DNA from: Macrostomum lignano
Taxonomy: Eukaryota
Direction: 5' to 3'
Assembly: GCA_002269645.1 (NCBI GenBank)
Contig: NIVC01000829.1
Span: 124,001 to 188,000 of the forward strand
DNA: 64,000 nucleotides
The translations under genes were made by a program, and so were the position numbers. Shown here piece after piece: positions 11,922 to 23,322 of the stretch (position 1 is the stretch's first letter; the number at the start of each line of letters is the position of its first letter). The notes under the pieces were generated by a model, which was not told the DNA's origin, did no database searches, and saw only the letters and a program-made list of their open reading frames with translations.

Positions 11922-14900
11922 TCAGGTGACATAAACACCGGTAAGACTGATGCCCTGAAAATTTAAACAGTTTTTAGCATGATTCTATTGATATTTTGTC
12001 ATTATCATGTTAAAATAAGCAGGGTAATGTACAGGCCCCATAATGTATATAGTCTCTTGCCGTCAAGAGTTTTTTAAACCATTCTCTTCTTGAAGAAGTC
12101 TTTCAAGTTGCAGTTGATTGTAAGGTAACCTATCTTTGCTCCCATTAGTAGAGCTATACAGACATTGCATAATCTCCCTTATGATTTGAATTATGTCACC
12201 TACACACAGGACTCTGGCAGGAATCTCTAATTCATCTTTCAGGGCGAGCTTGCGGGTTCCTGCCAAAGCTAGAACGTATCGCTGTCGACTCTAATTTAGC
12301 TCGTAAGCTCAGTCTACTCCAGGGACCGTACTGGCTGATCGTTGTCTTAGCTAGCTGGGTACTATAACAGTTCGGTATACATCGACTGCAGTATCAACAC
12401 CTTCATCAAACCCGCAGAAATAGCTTCAATCCAACGCCAACTTCTGTCTCTGCTAGTCTATCTCCCAATTTGGACACTATATCATAAATAATCCTGAAAA
12501 ACCGCAGATTACATACCGAGTTTTCATATTCCCCAGTTTGATAATGACTGAACCTCGATGCTGAAACCGTGCTTCTGTTCACAGTCCTATGAGACCTATA
12601 TTTCTTTCGCCTGAAAAGCAGCGCAAGCGAGAGAGCTGACAAAGCAATGATGACGATGACTGCTACTGTGGATGAAGCTACAAGAGCCCATCTCTTCCAG
12701 AGTCCTGGAAGCTTAGCTGATTTTGGTGTCAAAGCAGCAGTTTGAATTTCGCCACATAGGTGCGACACAGAACGCTCCAAAAAGTTTCCTTTAAAGAGGC
12801 GACACTTAATGATTGATCCTTTGATGACTGCTTGATGAGCGAACGCTGAGAACTGTGACGTCACTGTGCTGCGAAACTCTGGTAGAACTGGGTCTGACAC
12901 GGTCTGTGAAAAAAATGTGCGATTGAGATTAAATGATGAAGTGAAATTGTTTGTGAAGTCATTTGTTTGGATGCGAACCTTTTTGATCAGTATAGCGGGA
13001 ATATTGCTTCCATTGGCCGTTTTCAGCCCACACCGGTGTATCACTCTTGGGCAGGAGTTCTCCGAAATCACACGGAACTGAAGGATGCCGAAGGACAACA
13101 ACTTGGGTTGAACTAACGTGACTGTTGCATTTTCTGGATCAGCTGAAGAGACGCATTCGATTTTAGGATTTATGACTAAATAAATCACGCAACTAATTGG
13201 CTAATTTTTCTCTCACCTGGGAGTAGAGCAACAATCTGTTCAACCTTCCTAGGCAAACCAAACGCCCAGGTAGCTATGCAAGTCACTCGATGGATGCAGA
13301 CATTGTGGATGCTTTGAATAGCTGAGGAGCCGATAACAAACTCTGATTCGACAACGTTTGGTTCCACCTGAGTTAGCTGAAAGTATGAGTCGTATCTAGA
13401 ATCTTTAGCTTTTTTTGGCGGGACTTTTACGTTTAATTTTGCTAACAAAAAGAGCTGCCATACCTGTACGAAGACATCTTCCTGGGAAAACTTCGGCTGA
13501 AATTTACAGTAGACCTGAATATCGGCTGTTGCGGATCTCACGAGCAATCTTAATGAGGATAAACTTAAAGCAGTTCCTGACCAAACTGGCACAACGGGCA
13601 ATAGTGTTCTTCCTGCAGAATTTAGGTGGTACGGTTTGTGTAATTTTACGCTTAGTATAGTGATTAGCCTTAGAAGCCAAGCATTTTTCCTATATCTCTT
13701 GTTGAACAAGATACTAAAGAACCATCGTATGCTTCAATACATGCATAGACTGTTAAAATTAGGAAATGATTACAGCATTTTACTTATGATACCTGTGGTT
13801 TATTGGTACAAAATTTTTGCCTCGCAACCTTAAAGCCCCACAATAACTCTTATCATTCCGCCTTTTTTAGATATTAGTACTAGATAAATTGAATTCGAAA
13901 ACGCACCGACACTAAACTCAAACACGAAGCTCGATAGTAGTGCAATACGGTTGATAACAAAGACAATATTGACAGCTTCCGGGAAGACAAACTCAATAGT
14001 ATGATTCGTTGCTGAATGTTGTTCAGTGCTGAGCTAAAAAACTGGAGACGATTCAGAGTGTACATGCAGATCATGCTCATCGAATTGTCTTGAAAAATTG
14101 CTAATTCGAACATTAACAACTTGATTTTGCGTCGCTTCAATATTCCAAATTTGAATCATTTGATCAAATCCAAATGTTCCAAATGCAGCCGGACTCTTTC
14201 TGAAGCCTCTACGCGATTTTATATATTCCCTGGATTCACCTCTATTACCTAAAATAAAGGATTGGTAGAAAAATACTAGAAAATTAGTTAAAATAACAGA
14301 AAAGTAAACAATTTTAATAAAAAATATTTCGTATTTAACCTAGCAATGATGTAGTCTTTAAAAGGCCTTTATTCAACACCGAAAAGTTCATTGTTTCTAC
14401 TTTTGCCAAAATGGAAGGAAAATTAATGAAATCTAATAAATTACACACACACCTATGTCAGCATGTTAGCACACAATAATGTTTAATATTTTTACAGCCA
14501 GTGCTTCATGTTCTAACTTGCAATCAACTTTTAAAAATATTTTTTTCGAGTCAGTTTCTGTGATAAAAATGCTAAATAAATAAATAGACATCTCTATAGA
14601 TATGTTTATGTTGTTATATCGTGACATTATAATAACGTGGAGCAGACCTAATCAAAACAAATTGTTCAACTTCGCTCCTGTACTTACCATTCAGAAACAA
14701 TATTCTTCTTATGCTTTGCCTTCTGAATGAAAACTCAAGCGAAGCTTTCTTGTATCCAGTTGCGTTTGCTTTGAATCGGATAAGCGTCGCACTATGGAGC
14801 TGAAACTCAGACTCTGTAGCGTTACTTGCACTTGTAAGTCGATACAGCATCCTGTCTTCCAATGGAACATCTGTGTTCCCATAAATGTAAATGAAACCGC

Positions 14901-16444
14901 AGTATGGCTCCAAGACCAGACCATGGAAGTGAATGATTGCAATTTCGCTCTGACTGGAGTTAATTAACCAGCACCGGTCTATTTTTAAATTTTCGGTTTG
15001 ATTTACTACTGATAATGATTTATTATTATTTTCAGTACTGCCACTGATCACGGTACCTTCTTGATCTGAAAACAGCAGTTTTTCAGAACACGAGTCTGAA
15101 AATTTCAGGAGCTGGGCGCTGTGTCAAGTAGAATACAATTGTACGAGTATATTTTCAGACACCTACTTGGTTGAAAAAAAATAAATATTTTTATGGTTCT
15201 ATTGTTGTCTCACCTATAGAGCGGCTGCTGTCTAAAACTATTTTTGCATTATATTTGGGCGTTCTATATATTTTATTTTCTAAAGATGTGCAAATGAAAA
15301 TCCATATTCACGTATAAATGTGCGGTTATAAATTTTTCGTAAGCACAAAGCTTTCTAAATACCATGCAAAAAATTCAGACTAATACGAGCGTATTTCTAC
15401 CAAGGCTGTTTAGTAGAAATATTCTTATAGAAGCCTCCATTTATGTGGAAGAATTAATTGATTTTTTGCTAATACACCTACTGTATAAACAAAGAATCAA
15501 ATGCTCACTTTCTTCGATGACAGTAAACTCAAAAATAAATCCTGTGCTAGTTGACCAGCTGTTAGTCGTAAAGACGAGAGTTACGCTGTGCCGAAGCTTT
15601 AGTGTTTTGATTGTTCGATTTCCCGAAAATTCGTTCAAAACATAGCTTGATACGTTTGGTACAGTGCCAGAATACAATCTAAGATAGTCGTAGCTGGATT
15701 GGGTTTCAAATTTAAGGAACTTTAACGTCATATAATATCCACTTGGAATGTTGATACTCCAACTTAGTTTAAAGTCATTCGGATATAACTGTGCCCCAAA
15801 GCTTGTATGGCTTTTCCGATATCCACTCCGTTGCTTAATGAGCTCTGTAGCAGCTGGCAAATGGAGTAATAATATAAAACGGGGATTAGGGGTGATATTA
15901 AATTGATGTTTTCAACTTAGCTAGCATGTACATGTATATATCATTAGTACAGTGAGAAGAGCCAACTAGGTATGAAATACAATCTATTTATTAAGGGTTA
16001 ATGTGTCCAACCTCTTAGCTTTGAACCCTCTAGAAGCGTCGTATCGAACTGAAGTCGAAAGCCAGTCCTCACAATCGATCTGTCAGATGTAAAGCGAATA
16101 ATAGTTGTCCCTGTCACCCAGAACTCCGAGCTAGCGTCAGCTCTGTGTGAAAGCCTGAACCGTTCATAGTCTGTTATATTCATGTCGGTGCCATCATATA
16201 TACGAATTTTGTCGCAGCATTCTTCTAGGTCTAATTTTAAAAAGCGAATAACCTTAATTCCAGGTGTTCGTATCACCCAGCGAGCGTCCAGGTTGCTCGA
16301 GTACAGACTACTGGAGTTCGCGCTGTCTGGGCAGGCTACAACCCCAGTTGATGAAAATAATTCTCTGCTCGGACAGGTACCTGAAGGGAATTCAAAGGTA
16401 TTTTGTCTGTCACAAAAAGCTAAAAGATTAAGCAAGGTGAACAT
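11922..16444 (-). CDS. CUB-array paralogue 2: CUBx4 + stalk module + TM + Tyr tail; one in-frame TAG in CUB4 (possible null allele or truncated form)
   Basis: Exons: 16027-16380 CUB1, 15509-15853 CUB2, 14688-15095 CUB3, 13907-14248 CUB4 (TAG 14034-14036), 13464-13612, 13217-13376, 12979-13142, 12756-12903 stalk, 12517-12716 TM (WALVASSTVAVIVIIALSALSLALLF-RRKK...YQTGEYENS), 11922-11954 terminal (GISLTGVYVT*). Splice phases are compatible. Start uncertain (in-frame ATG at 16444). Confidence 0.8.
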
Positions 16445-18183
16445 CCCAGGCAGTACAGTAATATAATGATATCACAGCGAGAAACATCTAATATGGATGT
16501 GATTAGTATTGTGGTAATCTTAATAAATAATTAAATCTATAAATTAAAAATTCTTTAGTCTGCTATATGATTTTCGTGATGTGTACTGTTACTACAAAAC
16601 TATGAGGCCCGTTTAATAGCTAGCCTAGCTATAAACTAAACAATAAGTTAAATAATAATTTGCTTTTCTGACTGAACTAGAAGCTCATGACGCTGTTAAA
16701 TATGTGGCACAAATAAATTAGTATCCCGGTAGCTCAAATCTTTTCGCAAATGTCGATTTAATTATATGAATCAATCTACAATAATAGTATATTAATCGAG
16801 CTTTATTTAATTGTTGAGCATAGCCTACTATTCAATTAAAATTATTAGAGTTTAACTTAAAGTCAAAGAGTCGCAAATGCTAAAAAAGTACGCATAGACG
16901 ATATGTTTTATGACAACTTACCAGTGACCCGGACAGTTTTGGAGAAAAGGATAGCAATTACCGACACTATCTTAGTGACGATTTGAAAATTCATGCTGTA
17001 GCGCGCTTTAGAAAATGTTCTGCCACACTTCCCGTGGTGAAGCAGAGGCAACTTCGTGCAAATATAGGCGCAAATTTTTGGTAAACAACGTAACAGTTAG
17101 TTCAGTTTCAAGAAAATAATTTCTGTATTAGAACTTCGAGGTTCATGAAACAGTTAAAATAAAGTTTACTATTCATATTAGCTCGTATTTTATAGTAAAT
17201 TAATAATAATATTATTATCACTACTTATAAACTATAGGTGTTCAATAGGTATTAGAGGACCCGCAGCCTAAATATACTTTCTGTGCCGCCTAGAATATCA
17301 ATCAGAAGTTGATGTAAAAACTTTGCTGTATGTTAGTCGATACTTGACGAATTCGATACCGGAATTTTTTTTAATTAGCCACTCAGAAGTCAATACTGAG
17401 CTAGAATTTACTGCGCACTCTCAAAGGTGGCGACTTTTTTAATGTTGTTGAGTATGTACAACGTTTCTAAAAACAAATTTTCCAGAATTTTGTAAACTAT
17501 TGAGAGAGGCAAGTAGTTTTGAATTTTTGTTAGAACCCTTAGGAAACGAAATTATCAAGACTTTGGTTTGAATGCGCCCCATCCCCAACCCCATTTTTTG
17601 CTATAAATACAAGCCGTTTTGCGCCCTAGAGGCCCACCGAATTTTGGTTCAAACCCACTTTTCTAATAAAGAAACTGAATAAACAGAGTTTGTTTAAGTC
17701 TTTCCTTATTTGCCAGAAGCTAAGAGCGAATGCTCATTGGACAGGAAGAGAGAAAGCCAAGAGCACGAGACGATTAGTCTAAGAGCCAATAGCGTAAGAG
17801 CAAAGAGTAAAGGCGTAATTGGCCAAGCTAAGAGGGAGAAATATCCCAATAGAAACATTCGAATTGAAACAGCCAATGGGAAGTCGTAATTGACACAAAC
17901 CAATCCGTAAGAGGAAAGAGAATTCACCAAAAATACGCTCGTAAAAATCCATATAGTAAAAATAGTTTGTCGGTAGGCAGGTATGTGTGTGATAGCTTTC
18001 AAAAAAACAGCTCAACCGATTTTCTTCGAACTTGCACCATTCGATCAAAATAACTACTGCAAAAAGAAGACAATCTACTACGTGTGTGCGTGATCTTTAA
18101 GACAAAGACCCAGACTAAACTATATTAAATTAAATGACTATTAGTCGAAGCTTCTTCCTTTAAATTCCAGCCAAAATAATTAC

Positions 18184-19708
18184 GTGAGGAGGAGTCAGGC
18201 CAAGGAGTCAGGCGTGGACAGGGAGTCCCGGCTGCAGGCTGGTCGCCAGCGCGAAGCTGAGCGTCTGGCCAAGGAATCTGACGGAGACACTGAAGCCCGA
18301 CGGATGCGTTGGAGAAACCTTTCAGAAAAGAGAAAGGCTTCTGAGCCCAAAAGATTTCAAATGTGCCCGGGAAGGTAAATGTATTTTTACGTATTAAGCT
18401 CTAGCTCATTGCTAGGAGGATTAAATATTCGAAAAACTGTATTTTCCCTATCTAATTAGTGTATTTTTCTAGTAGTGAGAGCTCAATATGTCTATGGCCA
18501 TAGACTAAACTTTAATTTCTTGAGCTGATGCTACGAGATGTAAATAATTAAATATTCGAAAACATGCTTTTTTGCATAAGGGAGCGATATCAGCCAGTGC
18601 ACTTTAAAAGTATTGAAGTATTGCGCCACTTTATAGTATATGCAAGGGAGAGAGAAATGCTCAGTGGCTGCGTGCTGTTGGGGGGATGCTTGCTGTCTGG
18701 GGGATGCTTGCTGTCGAGGGATGCTTGCTGTCTAGATCTGGGGGATTGCTTGCTGTCTAGATCTGGGGGATTGCTTGCTGTCTAGATCTGGGGGATTGCT
18801 TGCTGTCTAGATCTGGGGGATTGCTTGCTGTCTAGATCTGGGGGATTGCTTGCTGTCTAGATCTGGGGGATTGCTTGCTGTCTAGATCTGGGGGATTGCT
18901 TGCTGTCTAGATCTGGGGGATTGCTTGCTGTCTAGATCTGGGGGATTGCTTGCTGTCTAGATCTGGGGGATTGCTTGCTGTCTAGATCTGGGGGATTGCT
19001 TGCTGTCTAGATCTGGGGGATTGCTTGCTGTCTAGATCTGGGGGATTGCTTGCTGTCTAGATCTGGGGGATTGCTTGCTGTCTAGATCTGGGGGATTGCT
19101 TGCTGTCTAGATCTGGGGGATTGCTTGCTGTCTAGATCTGGGGGATTGCTTGCTGTCTAGATCTGGGGGATTGCTTGCTGTCTAGATCTGGGGGATTGCT
19201 TGCTGTCTAGATCTGGGGGATTGCTTGCTGTCTAGATCTGGGGGATTGCTTGCTGTCTAGATCTGGGGGATTGCTTGCTATCTATAGGATGCTTGCTGTC
19301 TGGGGGATTGCTTGCTTTCTATGGGATGCTTGCTGTTTGGGGGGATGTTTGCTGTCTGGGGGATGCTTGCTGTCTGGGGGATGCTTGCTGTCTGGGGGAT
19401 GCTTGCTGTCTGGGGGATGTTTGCTGTCTGGGGGATTTCTTGCTTTCTATGAATGCTTGCTGTCTGGGGGATGCTTGCTGTATGATGATGCTTTCTGTCT
19501 GAGGTATGCTTGCTGTCTGAGGAATGCTTGCTGTCTGAGGAATGCTTGCTGTCTGAGGAATGCTTGCTGTCTGGGGCATCGCTTGCTGTCTGGGGGATGC
19601 TTGCTGTCTGGGGGATCGCTTGCTATCTGGGGGATCGCTTGCTAAATTACATCAATATTAAAATTATTACATTTTTTTGCTCCCCAACGGGGGACGCAGA
19701 TTGCTAGT
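18184..19708 (+). mobile_element. Non-autonomous Helitron-like element carrying an internal minisatellite (5' boundary approximate)
   Basis: 3' GC hairpin gctcccc-aac-gggggacgc (19679-19697) followed by CTAG|T (19704-19708). ORF 18184-18378 (ESGVDRESRLQAGRQREAERLAKESDGDTEARR) resembles charged N-terminal repeats of Rep-Hel proteins. Confidence 0.5.
18674..19644. repeat. Minisatellite GGGGGATGCTTGCTGTCT (about 18 bp) with a central homogeneous 25-bp variant TCTAGATCTGGGGGATTGCTTGCTG (about 22 copies)
   Basis: Direct reading of the tandem array. Confidence 0.97.
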
Positions 19709-20806
19709 GCCAAACTAAGTTATTTCTCGTCATAGATACAATCAAATACACGCTCGTACGTCTTCGAGCAGTTGGAAGATTAGATTCGGATATGCTATGT
19801 TAGATAGCTCTAATAAAACCTGGTCTTTGGTATGATCTAAATTGTCAAATAAATAAGCTCGAACGTAAAAAACTATCAGGTTCGTCACCTTAAATTCAAA
19901 TTACTGGCGCACGTATTCAGAGGTTCTTTCACATTTGCCAGAATTGCAAAACTAATGCGCATATATTGGAGGGCCGAAGGAACCAGCTTGCAGACGAATA
20001 GTCTAAGGAACCAATTGTGGGAGAAGAATTGATGCTATATTTACCAAGTAGGTAGATAGGTAAAATATTATAACATTTCTTTCACAATTGAATTTTAAAT
20101 GACGAGTCCTAAATTGACATAGCTATGAGCCAATCCTGAAAAAGTAAATAAGGCGATGGAAACAACCGGACAAACTCGATCCAGTAGAAACCCCGCTTCA
20201 GGAATTAGAGGCGACATGGTAGTAAAATTAGTGAATTGCCGTTCGGGCAGTGTAGCCTACTGGGACTATCCGTATTTACGAGAAAAAGTCCGGTCAATCT
20301 TAAAATAATACTTAGACTACAGAGCTTAAGTCGTATTACTATAGAAATATTGGATAAAAGCTCAGAACCTGGGACATCGTCTATCGAAACGATACATAGC
20401 TCGTATATACATGTATGCTTTAAAAATATACATTTTGTATGGATACTAATATGCACAGGTTTTACGAATATTTTAATCAGCGCATTTTCAAAAGGCGTGT
20501 GAACCAGAACCAAAATGAAAAAAGCACATAGTCAATCAATATCGGAACAATTAAGTTGGAGATTAACTATTAAAAGTTGGAACAATTAACTTTAGAAAAC
20601 TTAATTTCTATATGCTTACAGCTGAGTGCAATTAACAAACTTTTAGAGAATATCAGTGTAGATTAAGGTACTCAATACTCAGTTTTAATACTCAGGAACT
20701 AACTACTCAGTATTGAGTAGTGTCTGGTAGATTACTGATTGACAAAATCAAAGGTAGACAAGGATAAAAATGGAATAAAAATCGGCATGGAAAGTCAAGT
20801 ACTACA

Positions 20807-22156
20807 TTAGTTCAAATAGACTTCACTGGCGGGCTGAAAGCGTAAAACGAAAGTGCAAGGCTGAATTAGATTGCGGTTTGAAAGATACGAGTAAATACCC
20901 ACTTAGTCTAGGCTTACTTACATGCTTTTTATAAGGATTTGGCTTTGGCTGTGGACGAATATTCATTTCAATTGATTTGGATCGTTTGGCTTTCAAACTT
21001 TTGAATAGAACGTAGCTAACAGCTGAGAGTGCTATTAGAGAGATGACAGCTATTGTTGATGAAGAAATGAGCAGCGGCAGCTCCCAGACTCCTGGCAACC
21101 GTGCATCTGCAAAGATCAAGCAACTCTTTACCATTAAACACAATCAGTTGGATTTTTCTTGCGGCACCACAACGCGCAGCCCAGAGTTAGTGCACATAAA
21201 GTTTTGGAGGCTGTCTCTGCAAAAAACGCTTCTGAAAATCAAATTCTCATGTTTACGAGCTCTCTAAACCAATTGCACCCCTTGCTTATGTGAACAAAAC
21301 TATATGTTTTTTTATAAAAAGGTGTGGCACTTCCAGGACATTTTTATAAGTCCCAAATATAGGCACCGAGGAAATAACAGCTCAATTGGTTTCCAGTCTA
21401 ATTTTCTATTGCTATCGCTGCAAAGTGCACTCTAACATGACGTAGTTTATTTTCTCACACTAAGCATGATTTGCAAGTAAGTGCCACACTTTATACTAGG
21501 CAGTAGACGATCTCAAAATTCCATCTCGCAAAAACCAGCATTGGTACCTAGCCTCATATCTATGGGCTGGGTATGCTCAGAGATAAACAGATTAGGGAAA
21601 ACTGCTTGCTCCTCGCTTGCTGCGGGTTCATTGACGCCGCGATGTGCGGCAGTACCAAAAATTAAATTTAAAGAAAATTTGCGAATAAGTACTACTTACT
21701 AGTGGTCTGTTGTGGCAGCTTGAGACGCTCAAAGCTACCGTCAAACAGGCGGCACCTGATGACGGCGCCTGTGATGACAGATGGTTGAGCAACCGCTACA
21801 AACTGCGACGTCACCAAGCTGAGGCACTGTGGCTCTGTTGGCTCTGTGATATTCTAGAAAATAGCAGTTGCACAGGTTATTTAGGAATCTGCTGACAAAT
21901 ATTTTCTAAATAAATTACGTCTTTACCTTTTTGATTAGTTGAGCAGTGATAGATTTGCCATCGGTTGTCTGCAGCTCGCACCGATGCTTCACACTGGGAC
22001 AGGCAAGTCTGGATATCGCCCGAAACTGCACTGCTCCAGTCACTGAGGCAAACTGTGGCTGCTTCAGATCGATGATTACTGTTTCCGGGTCAGCTGCAAG
22101 GTTATTAATGCATTCATTATTAATGCATGCATTATTAATAGCCTAACTAACTAACG

Positions 22157-22210
<54 letters not shown>

Positions 22211-22243
22211 ATAACTAACTAAATAAATAAATAAATAACTAAA

Positions 22244-22341
<98 letters not shown>

Positions 22342-22342
22342 G

Positions 22343-22379
<37 letters not shown>

Positions 22380-23282
22380 AAACAAACAAACAAACAAACA
22401 AACTAACTAACTAACTAACTGACTAACTAACTAACTAACTAGTTATCTATAGCCAGGACCTGCACCGGAGCGGTTACGAAAATTAGATTTCTCGGTAGTT
22501 GCACGTACTCTTTTGCACTACTTAAGTAGTCTGATTTTCGTTCGGCATGGCTGGTTCCAGCAGGTAGTTCCTCTGGATAAAAGCGCTTACCGCGCCCATT
22601 GGCTTTCCAGCTGCCTTAATCGTTTCCGGTGATCTTGTGTGCGTGCTTTCAGCTTGATTGGCTGCGGCAAGCAAGCTCGAAAGAGCTCGCTTCGCTCGCT
22701 CTTTCTCGCTATCTACTATCTATAGCCAGGACCTGCACCGGAGCGGTTACGAAAATTAGATTTCTCGGTAGTTGCACGTACTCTTTTGCACTACTTAAGT
22801 AGTCTGATTTTCGTTCGGCATGGCTGGTTCCAGCAGGTAGTTCCTCTGGATAAAAGCGCTTACCGCGCCCATTGGCTTTCCAGCTGCCTTAATCGTTTCC
22901 GGTGATCTTGTGTGCGTGCTTTCAGCTTGATTGGCTGCGGCAAGCAAGCTCGAAAGAGCTCGCTTCGCTCGCTCTTTCTCGCTATCTACTATCTATAGCC
23001 AGGACCTGCACCGGAGCGGTTACGAAAATTAGATTTCTCGGTAGTTGCACGTACTCTTTTGCACTACTTAAGTAGTCTGATTTTCGTTCGGCATGGCTGG
23101 TTCCAGCAGGTAGTTCCTCTGGATAAAAGCGCTTACCGCGCCCATTGGCTTTCCAGCTGCCTTAATCGTTTCCGGTGATCTTGTGTGCGTGCTTTCAGCT
23201 TGATTGGCTGCGGCAAGCAAGCTCGAAAGAGCTCGCTTCGCTCGCTCTTTCTCGCTATCTACTAACTAACAAACAAACAAAC

Positions 23283-23322
<40 letters not shown>

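Noticed and set aside
12063-12266. ELEIPARVLCVGDII resembles the start of a receptor tyrosine kinase domain, suggesting the CUB genes are RTKs
   Set aside because: No GxGxxG, VAVK, HRD or DFG motifs follow, and every paralogue terminates in the short VY[VL][TN]* exon.
12362-12385. Possible ITIM-like exon SMYTELL* downstream of the paralogue 2 TM exon
   Set aside because: No counterpart in the other paralogues; the 11922-11954 exon matches the family terminus far better. Cannot be excluded as an alternative exon without RNA data.
18730-19280. Regular 25-bp repeats, and other 21-23-bp arrays, as CRISPR arrays
   Set aside because: Contiguous tandem units without unique spacers, no cas genes, eukaryotic intron-containing context.
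22444-23262. 273-bp tandem units as a retrozyme (hammerhead-bearing tandem retroelement)
   Set aside because: No CTGANGA...GAAA hammerhead core found on either strand of the unit.
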